Shown here: in pieces, positions 13,484-26,053 of the stretch
How the letters are laid out: every line of letters begins with the position of its first letter
Numbering within the stretch: position 1 is the stretch's first letter
Assembly: GCF_902459465.1 (NCBI RefSeq)
Contig: NW_022985710.1
Location: forward strand, 1 to 64,000
Direction: 5' to 3'
DNA length: 64,000 nt
Origin: Asterias rubens
Taxonomy: Eukaryota
The notes under the pieces: model-generated
The model's database searches: none
Seen by the model: only the letters and a program-made list of their open reading frames with translations
Told to the model about the DNA's origin: nothing
Translations under genes and position numbers: made by a program

Positions 13484-14427
13484 TAATGGCCTGAATAGAT
13501 TCTGTTTTACGACTGTACGACGCCTTTTGTTGTAACAACTATCTTTCAGGATATAACGTCCATGTTACCATGGTAACCAAATTGCCAACCACCGTGACAA
13601 AATAATCTGATTATTAAGAAGGTCAAATTCAACGCAGTAGAGCCTTATGGAATGAAGCTCTCGCAAAACAGTGGTATCTTTCATTCCACGGTTTTAAGCT
13701 AATGAATTTCAATTCGTTATATATGGTTGTTTTTACAAGTGACTGTTTCCTTTAGTTTCAAAGGGAAACCATCAAGGCGACCGAGAGAGGTTTATCGATC
13801 CAATCCACCCCTAGTGTCTGGCAGCAATTAATATCTATACAAAACTGTACAGCTGCAATTAGCTGGATTCTCCTCTGGTCTGCAAGACCTTCAAAAGATG
13901 CGCTGCAATTAAGACACGTAGGAATATTGCATAGTACTGAGAAGAGCGAGATGGAAGAGGAGTAGAGAGAAGAAGAATACACCAGAGAACAATAGAGTGG
14001 CGAACAATAGAGCGACGAACACTAGACCTTCTTTTGTGACACTGGTTTGGTTTATGTTTGTTGGAATGGAAACCATTACGTGTTAATGAGACATAATGGG
14101 GGAAGGGGTCAAACAGTACGTCAGTCTCTACATCCAAAGAGATTTTGTATTCAGTTTTGCTTATTTTTTAGTTTACGAATTCTTTATAAAGAGCACTTAT
14201 ACCTCATACTTCACATTATAAGGAGAATAGTACACAATATTCGACTACAAGAAACGACTCTTGGCTTCAACTGTAATCTTTTCACAAATTCGATTTTTTT
14301 TTAAGTGTTAAACTTAATTGAGACAAATAAAAAACTAGACTTATACAGGATGTCAGATTTTGACTCTTTTGTAAAACTGGTAAACTAAGATATATCTTCT
14401 CAATTCATCTCAACATTGTGCGTTTGT

Positions 14428-14657
14428 AAACTGCTCACAAAAAGTAAGGAAACTTTTTTCAATCCAGTATATTTGTTATTATTTAATACTCTCTTTGTAT
14501 ATGGTATATATCAATGCAAAGCTGAACTGTTCCTTTTTAAAATGATACCATATTTGCAATGATTACATGTTGCTGAACTTGGCTACACGAATAACAATGA
14601 GGCAAAGTCACAAATCAAATGTGCCAAAATTACCGTTGTCTGTGAATGGTCAATAGG
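14428..14657. mobile_element. Solo left TIR of Tc1-like element (remainder deleted in block A)
   Basis: Matches 26925-27150; the sequence then jumps to the equivalent of block-B position ~29700 via an AGG microhomology. Confidence 0.8.
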
Positions 14658-15108
14658 GATTCATCAAAATCTTGTCACAAACACGGCAAATGTGAATACT
14701 GCTGTATCCTCGTTATTGAAAAGAGTGCCGTAAGTGTTCCTATTGACACATCGGTTTTTATTGATCTCTGTTGGAATGGAACCCTGGCAAAATGGCTGCA
14801 TCGGGGTATTTTTCATAGCAATCTAATTTTTTTTAATTTCTCGGTCGGCAATCACTTATCCTCCCTGAAGAAATAGCGTACGAGAGGCGGGTTTGAAATG
14901 GCTCAGTTATAAGAAGCAAAGATAAATGCTCAAAGGAGGGTGCAATTGGAGAAAAAAAACCCATATGAAAGCAAATTAACATCTTATGATTTGAATATAC
15001 TGGACAAATATTGTTGTTACATCTAGAGTGTAGTTCTGGGTGACGTCACCGCAATAAGTTTTTCAAACATTAACATTTATGCGTTACTTAAATTCATCAT
15101 TTTACATA

Positions 15109-15217
15109 TGTTGCACGCTGTGACGGGGTCCATGGCGTTTTGTACAACCGAGGGGGAAAGTGCCATTTCCCCTCGAGGGTGTACAAAACCCAGGGACCCC
15201 AGTCACAGCGTGCAACA
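15109..15217. repeat. ~110-bp imperfect palindrome (fold-back element core); second copy at 30148-30266
   Basis: tgttgcacgctgtgac.ggggtccatgg.gttttgtaca...tgtacaaaac.cc.gggacccc.gtcacagcgtgcaaca. Confidence 0.85.
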
Positions 15218-16201
15218 ATTGTTTTGTTATACCTTTGTTTAATTGTTATTCCTCTTCTCTAAGTTATGTTGTCATCTTCAAACATTATTACGACAGACTA
15301 TTCATTGTTTAATGAGCAGACGAACAAGAAACAATTCCCTCGAACCCGCGGTTGTTTCGTACACAGCGCTGGAAATCGACCAACGCCGGGAACGATCAAG
15401 GTGATGTACACCGGTGTACATCACTTTTCATGTTACCCGACCCGTCGAGCCATGTAACATGCGTTTTTGTTGCGCATCACATGATTGGTTCTCGACCAAT
15501 CAAACTTTGCACAGAGGTATAACAATGAAAAATGGCTCAGACATTTTGTTATTTCTAAATCTCTGACATGATTATTTAGGTTGACCCTTTCACGTTCTAT
15601 TAGTTTCTGTGGGCAACCAAATAATGCACTGAATACCGAAGAACGTCATCATAGACGGACAAATGCTGCATGTCTATGTACTAAAGCATGATAGCGATAA
15701 TTTTTGGAAATCGGCACCAGCAGACTGACCGGGTTGAAATACCGTTTCATAAGAACCAATCTATGTCATCTGGTAATCAGTCAATCCATAAAAAAATAAA
15801 AATAAAAAAAAAACTTATTACTACTTGTACACTTCATCTTATGTTCCTTGGATTTGAGATAATAAACAAATATGACGCAGATTCAAACATTATTACAGAC
15901 TAATCGCCGTTTTAATCAACTTTAAATTCTAAAGAGTTAAATCACTATCGAATAAATTTGTTTTTAAGAAAGAATGTAGGATTCTTTTAGAACAAAAAGA
16001 ACCGTGATGTTAAAAATACGTCAAACTTAGTTTTGTTAAAAGATCTTTTTCCAAAAAGAGTCGTTAAAATTGATAATTTTGTTTTACAGAGATGGTGAAA
16101 ATATTCGTGCTCGTGTCATCTCTGAGATGTTAACTTATTACTTGCTCCTGTGTGCATTATGGCTTGTCATTTGGTTTTTTATTTGCGCAATATTGTGTTA
16201 A

Positions 16202-16581
16202 ACACACTGGACACTATTGGTAACTGTCAAAGACCAGTCTTTCTCACATGGTGTATCGCAACATTTATGCATAAAATAACAAATCTGTGAAAACTTGTGC
16301 TCAATTGGTCGTCAAAGTTGCGAGATAATTATTAAAGAAAAAGACACCACTGTCACACGAATTTGTGTGCTTTCATGGTGCTTGATTTCGAGACCTCAAA
16401 TTCTAAACTTGAGGTCTCGAAATAAATTTCGTGGACAATTTCTTCTGTCTCGAAAACTACATCACTTCAGAGGGAGCCGTTTCTCATGTTTTATACCATC
16501 AACCTCTCCCCATTACTCATTACCAAGTAGGGTTGTATGCTAATACTTATTTTGAGTAATTACCAATAGTGTCCACTGCCA
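16202..16581. mobile_element. MITE family 1 copy (truncated counterpart at ~31245-31457)
   Basis: TTAA flanks; GGACACTATTGGTAA / TACCAATAGTGTCCACTGCC termini. Confidence 0.85.
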
Positions 16582-16637
16582 TTAAACGACTTCATCATTT
16601 AGTTCAAACATACAATCTTTTAAGTAAATGAGTTTAA

Positions 16638-16994
16638 AGGATTTGGGTACTTTTTCAAAATGTCCATAGATTTACATTAAACTTACAGTGTTTGAAGATA
16701 ATGTTAGTGGAAAGCTACCCTTAAAATATTACTTACTGTGGGGTGCTGTAGTTTTTGAGAAATGAGTAAAACAATGCCATGAAAATACATTTGTAAATGA
16801 TTACAATAATTTTCGTCTCATGAGACGAAAATGATTTTCATGACATTGTTTTACTCATTTCAAAAAAACTACAGCACCGTCCTCAGCACGTAATATTTTC
16901 AGGTAAGCTTTCTTCTATCATTATCTTCAAACTGTGTAAGTTTAGTGTAAATCTGTGAACATTTTTTTTTTCCTACAAAAGTTACATTGACCCT
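16638..16994. mobile_element. TTAA-flanked MITE, third family (AGGATTTGGGTAC end); fragments also near 31458-31680 and 52000-52200
   Basis: TTAA-AGG...CCCT-TTAA with internal inverted symmetry (aaacttacagt..tgaagataat / attatcttcaaactgtgtaagttt). Confidence 0.7.
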
Positions 16995-17534
16995 TTAAAG
17001 CTGTCTTCACACCAACTACAATTCACAATAATATTGATATTATTTGTAATCACACACAGTCACAACAAAGCGGGTTGATTAAAACACGATTGAATTAATA
17101 CGAAAAGTGATCTACAGTGATCTGTGGTACGTGGTTCTTAACATTTACCTTAACGTCAACTTATCTAAACGGATGAGAATACCTCCATTATTGTAACTAA
17201 TGAAGATCCTTTCAAAAGGGTGTAATACATAACAAGTTAATATAAGAACATTTTACTCTTATGCCGCGCTGCCGACATTGTCTCTTGTGTTGCAGGGAGA
17301 CATTGCAAAATGTAAAGGTAGTGATCAAAAAGATTGCAGAGAAAATGATGAGGACAGCAAATATCTAAATTCTAGTTTGATTATTAAAAAACAAAAAAAA
17401 CAATTGGCTTTGAAATAAGAAGAAATCTAAATACAATTAATCAGTGCGTAATGTTCAGAGTCCAAATAATAACGGTACATTGGAGTCTTTTTTCTTCTTC
17501 TGCGTTTAGATATAATGTAACAATATTAGGTTAA

Positions 17535-17916
17535 AGGCAGCGGACACTACTGGTAATTACTCAAAATAATTGTTAGCATAAATACCTCACTTGGTAATGA
17601 GTAATGGGGAGAGGTTGATGGTATAAAACATTGTGAGAAACAGCTCCCCCTGAAGTAATGTAGTTTTCGAGAAAGAAGTAGTTATCCACGAATTTGATTT
17701 CGAGACCTCAGATTTAGAAATTGAGGTCTCGAAATCAAGCATCTGAAAGCACACAACTTCGTGTGACAAGGTTTTTTTTCTTTCATTATTATCTCGCAAC
17801 TTCGGCGACCTATTGAGCTCAAATGTTCACAAGTTTGTTATTTTTCTGCATATGTTGAGATACACCTCAACTGTGGAGACCTAATCTTTGACAATTACCA
17901 TGTGTGTCCACTGTCT
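17535..17916. mobile_element. MITE family 1 copy (duplicate at 32217-32588)
   Basis: TTAA-AGGCAGCGGACACTACTGGTAATT...TGTCCACTGTCT-TTAA. Confidence 0.88.
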
Positions 17917-18547
17917 TTAAGGGAGTTATTGACACGCAACATTCCAAATATCATTAAGATTAGTCTTTTTGACTGTCATTGTCTTCGGGTCCTGTAGGTT
18001 TGTTGTTGAACAAGTACCTTGTGTATATCGTTTGTGTTGTTGCTTTTTACTTGCCATCTTTTGTTTAAACTTTTACTGCCATTTTAGAATGTTTAATGTA
18101 TAGTATATAAATGTGTATTTTTTTATGAGCTAGGTCTGGCCGGGAGGGCACGTCTTTTTTGATGACAGTTTTTAGACTTTTGCCCTTCCCTGAACGGCCT
18201 GTGCTTGTTTTATTGTTTTGCTTGTCCGAAGAATAAAAAAAATAAAAATAAAATAACTGAAGAACAAAATAAGCAGTTTGTTTTTCTTACGACTACATTT
18301 TGACGTTGAATTGATTGTGATTGCGGAACTACATTTCAATAGATCGAAGAAGTATCATCTTTCATTGACTTTCATATCACCATCAGTCACTTCTCTGCGA
18401 GTTGCATTGTTCAGCTGGCAAAACATTTTCCCTTCATCTAGCTCCAACAGATTGAAGGAGTGACATCTGGGGTGTGAACGGCAAACCTCCCCGCACGACA
18501 CGACGCTCTTACCCGGTACCTCCTCCATGACGTGGTGCAGCATGTTT

Positions 18548-19069
18548 TTAGTAAAGGAGGCGGCCATCATTGCCGGTCTGCAGGCAGAGTACCCGGTTGT
18601 CGATGACGTGGAGCTCGCAGATAGCAAAGCCCTTTCTATCGCATTCCACATCGCTCCATTGACCATTATTTTTCATGTATTGGTTGCCACAATCTTCATT
18701 TCCCGCGTTATTTGGTTCTCCATATTTCCAGTTCTTATAAGCGTTAGTCTCACCCTTCAACGGACAGTGCTGCCAGTTTCCCTCCTCCTCGATGTCATTA
18801 CAACCAATCCAGAGAAAGGTGTCTGCTGTCGGATTAAACTCTGCAAGGAATAGTTCCCATATGTAATCCTGTTCGGATTGTAAGTCTGGGACGAACAGGT
18901 TTGCTCTTGACTTGGCACAAGTGCGATTTGCTTGGTACCAATCCATGTTGTCCTTTATCATGAGGTAACATGACTTGCCAAATCTGTGCCAATCAGAAGG
19001 GCAGATCTCGGCCACAAGTCGGCAAGTCCAAACACTGAGAAGGAAAACTATGACATGGAAAAGATTCAT
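18548..19069 (-). CDS. Secreted C-type lectin L2a, 173 aa from MNLFHV, EPN-type; PAN domain downstream in a shifted frame (18355-18543)
   Basis: Signal peptide, CPSDW..SCY, WIGCND, EPNNAGNEDC, WSD.EC and CE motifs. Stop TAA at 18548-50 precedes an out-of-frame PAN segment HHV..SCGEVC..RCHSFN..CQLNN. Confidence 0.88.
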   Translation of the reverse strand: MNLFHVIVFLLSVWTCRLVAEICPSDWHRFGKSCYLMIKDNMDWYQANRTCAKSRANLFVPDLQSEQDYIWELFLAEFNPTADTFLWIGCNDIEEEGNWQHCPLKGETNAYKNWKYGEPNNAGNEDCGNQYMKNNGQWSDVECDRKGFAICELHVIDNRVLCLQTGNDGRLLY

Positions 19070-19647
19070 TCTCTTTGAAGTAAAGTCGAGTTTGTTTCGA
19101 TCAGTCGTCTTCAAGCAAGGTCTGTTTGAATATACTGCAAGCAACACCTTCTCCTCATATTAACCTGACGGCTCGAGTGAAAAACGTACAATACTTATTT
19201 ATGGTTACTATAGCAATTACTAGCAATCGTTGTATATCCACTTAATAACCAAGGCTATATACATGTACTTAACGTTTTAAATATGCATCATAATGCCTAT
19301 TAGCTAAATGGATATGGAGTCTAGCTCGGACATAATGCCAATGAGGTTTATTGCAGCGGAAACGCCTTGTTGTAACCGTCATGCTCTGTCGGGAAAGGTT
19401 CACAGTTGGAAAACGTGTACAAAGCCAATAACCCTTTTGAGATTGGCAATGCTACAACACTACTAAGTGTGGGTACATTGTGTGTTTACACCCAAACAAA
19501 ACAAGTAAACACCCAGAGTAAGCAAGTCCGCCAAAACTCAAACAGGCTCATGTGAACCGTTGCAAAAATATTATAAACAATAGGAGGGTCCACGACGACG
19601 GTAGCAGCGGTTACACACGCGTTCATTGCCAGGTTGAGGCGTATATA

Positions 19648-20759
19648 AACTGCGCCAATAAAGTATCTAAACACTTACAAATGGTCAGATATATCGGAAC
19701 CTGAAACAGTATGCCAAAAAATAATTATTCATTTCGAGTCACCGTTAATTTCTGCACATTTTGACACATCTTGTGTTGCGCTACGATGTTGTTTGGTGGA
19801 TTTACGGGCACTTGAGTGGCTGAAGGTCGAATTTCAAAAGTTGCAAAAGCCCCTATTCAAGCTAAATCGTTGTATTGTGACGAGTATTAGATCGGCGTTT
19901 CTTTTGCTCGCCTTTTATAAATGATGTTTTTTTGGTCGCGTTTTGGTTAAATCGGTTGCGATGAACATACTCACCAATAATTGTCAGTAACCAAGCAAAG
20001 GGGTCAAAGATGGGAGGCATACAACAATGGTAAGACAGGGAAAGGTGTTTCAAATTAACAGGAAAGATGGCTCAAACGACCAAACAGGAAAGAGGACGGA
20101 TCGTTGGTTTGATAGAAGCCGGTACGTCGATGCGAGGTAAAAACGTCACCAGCGACGGTCAGTAAATGGTGGAATCGCTACCAAGCTCAGGGAAATGTGG
20201 ACGACCTGCCAAGGAATGGCCGTCCGAGGGTGACTTCTGCAGCAGAAGAAAGTGAACAAGTCCATAAAGCCTGACACCACTCTCGAGGGGTTCGCGACGC
20301 ATCCTGATCAGGCAGGGGATTGACCAGGGACAGATCAGAGGTCTCATTGAGAGTATGAGAAGACGACTCCTTGCCGTTCAGGACAATGATGGAGGACACA
20401 CCAAGAATGGAGGACAGTATATCAGCAGTTTTAGAGTTAAAGATACGGCAATTAATTTCATGGTCATGTAAACGAAACGAGTTTTTGTCTTTTGTCTTGA
20501 TTTTGTCTAAGTGTGATGCTTATGTGAGTTCCCTTTTGGAATTGGGGTGAATAGGGGCTTTTGCAACTTTTGAAATTCGACCTTAAGCCACTCAAGTGTC
20601 CATAAATCCACCAAACAACATCGTAGCGCAACACAAGATGTGTCAAAACGTGCAGAAATTAACGGTGAATAGAAACGAACAATTAAATTTTTGTATACTA
20701 TTTCAGGTTCCGATAAATCTGACCATTTGTAAGTGTTTAGATACTTTATTGGCGCAGTT
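19648..20759. mobile_element. Non-autonomous Tc1/mariner-like element, 1112 bp, ~210-bp TIRs, TA TSD
   Basis: TA-aactgcgccaataaagtatc...gatactttattggcgcagtt-TA; the empty site gtataTAgttg is present in block B at ~35731. Confidence 0.9.
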
Positions 20760-21320
20760 TAGTTGTTACCGAGTACCCTGACGTTATATTTGAGAAACAT
20801 ACTTATTCGCACGTATAGAGTTAGAATAGTGTGTCAGACATATGCAGATAGAGAGCCCGTTTGATCCCATTTCACCAACAGATGTTTTGTCACGAGTATT
20901 TTTAAATGTTAGTCTGATGTGCTACAGCGTCGTGGTTTTCATGGGTAATTGGCGATTCGTTCACTTATTTTTGATCCGCATATTAAAGTAAAGTATGGAG
21001 AACAGATTGTTCTAAAGGTTGCAGTTGAGTGATTGCAAGTTTATCTAATGTTTTTGTTAATCCACTAAAATTATTACCCATTGCATCCAACATGACGTTG
21101 TGTAGCAGTTACTGAGTGCCTAATAACATAAGTTTTTGTACTTATTCTACAAACTGGGGAAGCGTTTAAATTGTCCTCCAGTTCTCCAGCATCTTAAGAA
21201 TAAATCGCAATGTTTTAATCGGCAAACCGTCAACCTTGTTCAAGCAGATTTTACAGTGTTTTGTCGGGATATTAACAGCCAGCCTTCCTGCACGGCGGAA
21301 CGCCTTTACCCGGTAACTCC

Positions 21321-21869
21321 TTAATGACGCGGTGAAGAATGCTCCGGGGAAACAAGGCGGCCGTCTTTGCCGGTCTGAAGGCAGAATTTCGGGGTGTTGC
21401 TGACAGTTGTCTCACAAACTGCGTAGCGTTCTGCATTGCACGGGTAATCATCCCATTTACCATTCCTAGCAACCCAAAGCGATCAACAATCTGCTTCATA
21501 GTTGTTATTATTAGGTTCCTCTTCAGCCCAATTCTCATAGGCGTTGGTCTCACCCTTCAACGGACAGTGCTGCCAATTTCCCTCCTCCTCGATGTCATTA
21601 CAACCAATCCAGAGACTAGCGTCTGGTGTCTGATCAAACCCTTTCAGGAATAGTTCCCATATGTAATCCTGTTCGGATTTTGAGTTTGGGATGAGCAGGT
21701 TTCCTCGTGACTTGGCACAAGTGCGATTTGCGTGGTACCAATCCATCTTGTCCTTTATAATGAAGTAACATGACTCGCCGTTTCGGTGCCAGTCAAGAGG
21801 GCAGATTTTGGCCAGTAGACGGCCACAGTGAACGACAAGAACGAGACTCAACACTTGACCTATACGCAT
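21321..21869 (-). pseudogene. C-type lectin L3a with in-frame TGA at 21483-85 (DC*SLW, probably from GGA)
   Basis: Reading through the TGA gives SLWVARNGKWDDYPCNAERYAVCE..CLQTGKDGRLVSPEHSSPRH*, collinear with the paralogs. Confidence 0.85.
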
Positions 21870-22055
21870 TTTGTAATTTTCTCAATTTTAGGAAATTATA
21901 GAGTTAGCTTTTTCCTAACCGTATAGTCGATGCCTGACGATGATGGACTAAAATGGCTGCCTGCTTTGGTTCTTCCCAGAGGATTGTAGTATCTTATAAT
22001 GGTAGTGCGTCAGTGTTTCCATGGAAACAGCTTATAGAAAACCACCAAGTCTTAA

Positions 22056-22449
22056 AGACACTGGAAACTATTGGTAATTGTGAAAGACCAGGCTTCCCTA
22101 CCCGTGCATCTCCACAATGCATAAAATAATTGGTAATTTAAAGACTAGTCTTTACAGTTGGTGTATCTCAACATATCCATAAAATAACAAACCTGTGAAA
22201 ATTTGATATCAATTGGTCGTCGAAGTTGCGAGATAATAATGGAAAAAACACCCTTTTGCACAAGTTTTGTGCTTTCAGATGCTCGAATTCGAGACCTCAA
22301 AATCGAATTCTGAGGTCTCGAAATCAAATTCGTGAAAAACTACTTATTTGTCGAAAACTACGTCATTTCAACAGCTTCCCATTACTCGTTACAAAGTAAG
22401 GTTTTATGCTAGGAATTACTTTGAGTAATTACCAATAGTGTCAGTGCCT
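22056..22449. mobile_element. MITE family 1 copy (duplicate at 37188-37582)
   Basis: TTAA flanks, family termini and internal hairpin present. Confidence 0.85.
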
Positions 22450-23338
22450 TTAACAGTCTGACCTACTTTGACAATAGATTAAAGAACAATACCATCTTGC
22501 CCATTGCCTGAGTTAAGTCGATTTCTATTTAAAATGAGGATTGCAGTTTACGTCGTTGAAGGTTGAACCAAGCTAGCCGCCTTTGATTGGTACTTATGAA
22601 GTCCACGACGAAGATTTATATTAACAAATAAAAATGCGGGGTCAATAAAATTGTGTAAGTATTGCCTGAACAACAGCTCGACGTAAACCCTGTTACAAAA
22701 AACAACAACTTGGATTTACTGGAAAAAATAAATCTATCTAACTATAAGTTAACACAACCGTCGAGTAAAATCGAATAAAAACTGTTATTTACTGACGCTA
22801 CAGCCGCCATTATATTCACTAGCAAGTCTACGCATTGAATTACGAATACTAAAAACTACGCTATCAAGAAGGATCCTTACGTTGTTAACCTGAAACATGT
22901 TTTTGTTATTCCGTAGATTTGAATATATGATATATTGCTTCAGTGTGGTAAATATGTCATTTGGTCTGCATGAAACCAAACGATACGTTGGTATAGATCA
23001 TTGCTACAAAAAAGTTATACGCTGACTTTCAATTACGGATTTAATTAATGTTAACTTAGAAAACAAATTTGATAACAAACATCCACAAAGCATACTTATT
23101 ATTGTTTTGTGTTAGTTCTGAAGAGTATTTGATTGTTTGAGTTCCCTTTTCTTTATTTTGAAATCAGAAGAAATCTTAAGTAACAATAAATTAGTGCACT
23201 GTGCTCAAATACGGCCATAAAACTTGAAAACAGGAGTCTGAACAAACAGGTGTTCAAGTTATGCGTGGGATTCTTATGGTATCTGGGTTTAGTCCGGACA
23301 AAGAAAGACAGTCATTCAAGTTATGCATGAAATTCTTA

Positions 23339-24097
23339 CACCGCGTTTACACTAGATCCTCCTACAAGGATCCAAGGAGGACCAGATCTCGAAAGCGAGA
23401 TCAAGTATTTTTGTGCCGCGTTCACACTTGAGTATGGTATTGCATAGTTAGACGGAAGTTCAGTTCAGCTGACGGCAAGGGTTACTGTACGGGGTCATTG
23501 ATTGTGCGCGTGCATGTTCCCTGAAATAACCGGAACTCGACGAAAATTCAGACACAATTTACTGACCAAACTGACAATAACTTCCCTATGTTATAACTGT
23601 ATAAAAATACTCTGAAAAATAATTTGTTTGAATGCTCAAAAAAAGCTTACGTTAGATGATGAACGAAAAAAGGTCGGTACTCAAGATTCTGGAGGACGCA
23701 AAGACTGTGAGTTATTCAATCGCTGTAATGTTGGTTACCAGTGTCATACAAATTATGGGGTCGGGGACCAGTTCACGATAGAGTGCACATGTGCCCTCTA
23801 TAATAATATGCACAATGTATACAATCCCCATGTACATTTACACAACGGATGAAGATTACACAGCGTTGGCAAGATGTAAGCAGCTGAAATTGCAGAACCC
23901 GATCTCGATCTGCTTGTTTTTTGATCGCCTTTGCGGGATCTCATCTCCCTCTGATCTCGCAATAAAAGGAGGTCGAAAAGGAGGATCTGTTCCCGATCCA
24001 GATCGCGTTCACACTAGCCGGTGACCTCCTTTTGATCGCCCTTTCGAGATAAGATCCTCCTTTGATCCTCCTAGCAGGATCAAGTGTGAACACGGTG
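23339..24097. mobile_element. Non-autonomous PIF/Harbinger-like element, ~65-bp imperfect TIRs, TTA TSD (truncated copy ~38474-38982)
   Basis: TTA-caccgcgtttacact.gatcc...ggatcaagtgtgaacacggtg-TTA, with GGATC-rich subterminal repeats. Confidence 0.8.
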
Positions 24098-24499
24098 TTA
24101 TGGTGTCTGGGTTTAATTTCCTTAATCCCCAACACATTCCAATACTCCTTGCATAATTTCACTACTGGGTAGACTTTTTGAAAGTGGACTACTCAACTGG
24201 GGCAAAATATCAAATTAAACGAGCAAATTAACTCTGCATGAAAACAATACAGTCACCTCTTCCCATATTAGTTAACAATCAGCTTTTATCAAATTAACGC
24301 AATATTTCATGCGTGTCGAATAATAAGATAAAGTTTGCACGAAAACATTAACAGTGCCAACATTAAGAGATGATGCGTTTGCGTAACATGGATATGCTGA
24401 CTAGTGTGATTTATATCATTACACATTCTAGGGAAACATACTTACTGAATACATAATAATTTGACATCAAGTTCTTTGTTTATGAATACATTTTCTACA

Positions 24500-24950
24500 A
24501 ACCGGAGAAATACGTGTTTTAATTGTCTCCAAGTTCTCCAGCATCAGCAGCTTCAGAATGAGTCGCGTCGTTCGATTGGACAACCGTCAACCTAGGCATC
24601 AAGTTTTTGTCTTTTACTTAATCTTCTATATACAAACCGGAGAAGTTTTAGTTTCAATTGTCTTCCAGGGCTCCCGCAGCAGCTTCAGAATGAGTCGCGT
24701 TGTTTTTATTGGCAAACCGTCAACTTTGTTCCAGCAGATCAACAGTGTGACGTCGGGGTGTAACCAGCCAGCCTTTCCGCATGACGGAACGCTCTTATAA
24801 CCGGTAGCTCCCTAATGACGTGGTGAAGAATGCTCCGGGGAAACAAGGCGGCCGTCTTTGCCGGTCTGAAGGCAGAACTTTTTTTTTGACAGGTTGTTCG
24901 CAAATTGCGTAGATAAGTAGCCACTACTGCACCAATAATCATCCCTTTAA
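24500..24950 (-). pseudogene. 3' remnant of C-type lectin L4 (end of CTLD plus decayed PAN, partly duplicated)
   Basis: Contains GATGATTATTGG..TGCGAACAACCTG and CLQTGKDGRLVSP coding sequence, plus an NNATHSEAA-like PAN end; the 5' part is missing at the block A/B junction. Confidence 0.75.
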
Positions 24951-25432
24951 GTATGATCAACACAACGTTCTATAAGCAAAATACATTTCTTTAAAATATT
25001 TCATTTTGACTGAGCTGTCTCAAAGCAAGTCGCAGCCGTTTTCCTACTTTATTGTTTGTAAACTAAAATCTATTCGTGGAGGTTGCCATAACATTTCCAT
25101 AACTGACTGCCAGTCGTTTCATGCTTATTCAGTAGTAATTTCTACTATAGAAGAACGGCCTGTGGTAGTTTTGCAATTAAATGCCGGGCAATTTAGGATC
25201 CTAAACTGTCATGCCTTTCCTGCAAATTTGAGTAGTATTTTGCTGATATATTTTTACAGTAAGCATGTCAGGTAACTCCTTCATGAGGCGATATGCATAG
25301 CCAGGCTCTAAGTAAAATTACATCCGTCATAACCGATGTCCAAGGGAATTTTGTCCGCTGAAGATTCTCTTGTATTCAGTAAATGCCCTTGTCATTGGTA
25401 TTCCCTTGCCATTGGTATTCCCTTCCATCAGT

Positions 25433-26053
25433 TTACTGATGACCGCAGTTGTCCAGCATGAAGGAGTGACACCGAGGGCGTGATCGGTAATCCTTCCCGC
25501 TCGTACCCTGTAGCTCATCCATGGCATGACGGAGCAGACACTGAGGTGTGAGACGGCGGCTGTTGTACACGGGGAGCTCACAGACAGCGTGAAGGTTCAA
25601 GTTGATGCAGTGTTGATCGTCCCATGTACCGTTCATATCAACCCGCATCACTGCACAATCAGCGTTGTTAGCATTATTCGGTTGCCTTCCAGCCCAATTC
25701 TCATAAGCGTTAGTCTCACCCTTCAACGGACAGTGCTGCCAGTTTCCCTCCTCCTCGATGTCATTACAACCAATCCAGAGACTGGAAGGTGGCTTCTGAT
25801 CAAACACTTTCAGGTAGAGTTTCCATATAAAATCCTGTTCGAATCTTGAGGTTGGCACAGCGAGGTTTGCCTCACTCTGGGCACAAGTGTGATTTGCTTC
25901 GAACCAATCTACCCTCAGCATTGCAAACAAGTAACATGACTCGCCGTATCGGTGCCAATCAGGAGGGCAGATTTCAGCCAATAGACAACCACAATAAACG
26001 ACCAAAACAATGCTTAAACGTTGAACTGCAACCATTTTGAATACTTGAAACAA
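25433..26053 (-). CDS. Secreted C-type lectin L1b, 206 aa (duplicate of L1a)
   Basis: 7 nt differences from L1a counted by eye (5 replacement, 2 silent); ORF intact. Confidence 0.88.
   Translation of the reverse strand: MFQVFKMVAVQRLSIVLVVYCGCLLAEICPPDWHRYGESCYLFAMLRVDWFEANHTCAQSEANLAVPTSRFEQDFIWKLYLKVFDQKPPSSLWIGCNDIEEEGNWQHCPLKGETNAYENWAGRQPNNANNADCAVMRVDMNGTWDDQHCINLNLHAVCELPVYNSRRLTPQCLLRHAMDELQGTSGKDYRSRPRCHSFMLDNCGHQ

Larger units (their letters stand above)
12394..24955. repeat. Segmental duplication block A of lectin cluster (paralogous to 24958-39051)
   Basis: Collinear, near-identical sequence (caacacaacgttctataagc at ~12394 and ~24958). Lectins, MITEs and intergenic DNA occur in the same order, with reciprocal indels. 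Confidence 0.92.

Noticed and set aside
17587-17799. ORFs inside MITEs (also 11222, 16295, 32269, 37335, 52280, 63296)
   Set aside because: Translations of a non-coding repeat; no transposase motifs.
21483-21485. Selenocysteine or readthrough at in-frame TGA codons in lectins
   Set aside because: This TGA replaces a Gly position, the other TGAs lie in already frameshifted regions, and I could not identify a SECIS; nonsense mutation is simpler.
12863-26053. Positive selection between L1a and L1b
   Set aside because: 5 replacement versus 2 silent differences is close to neutral expectation and too few to test.
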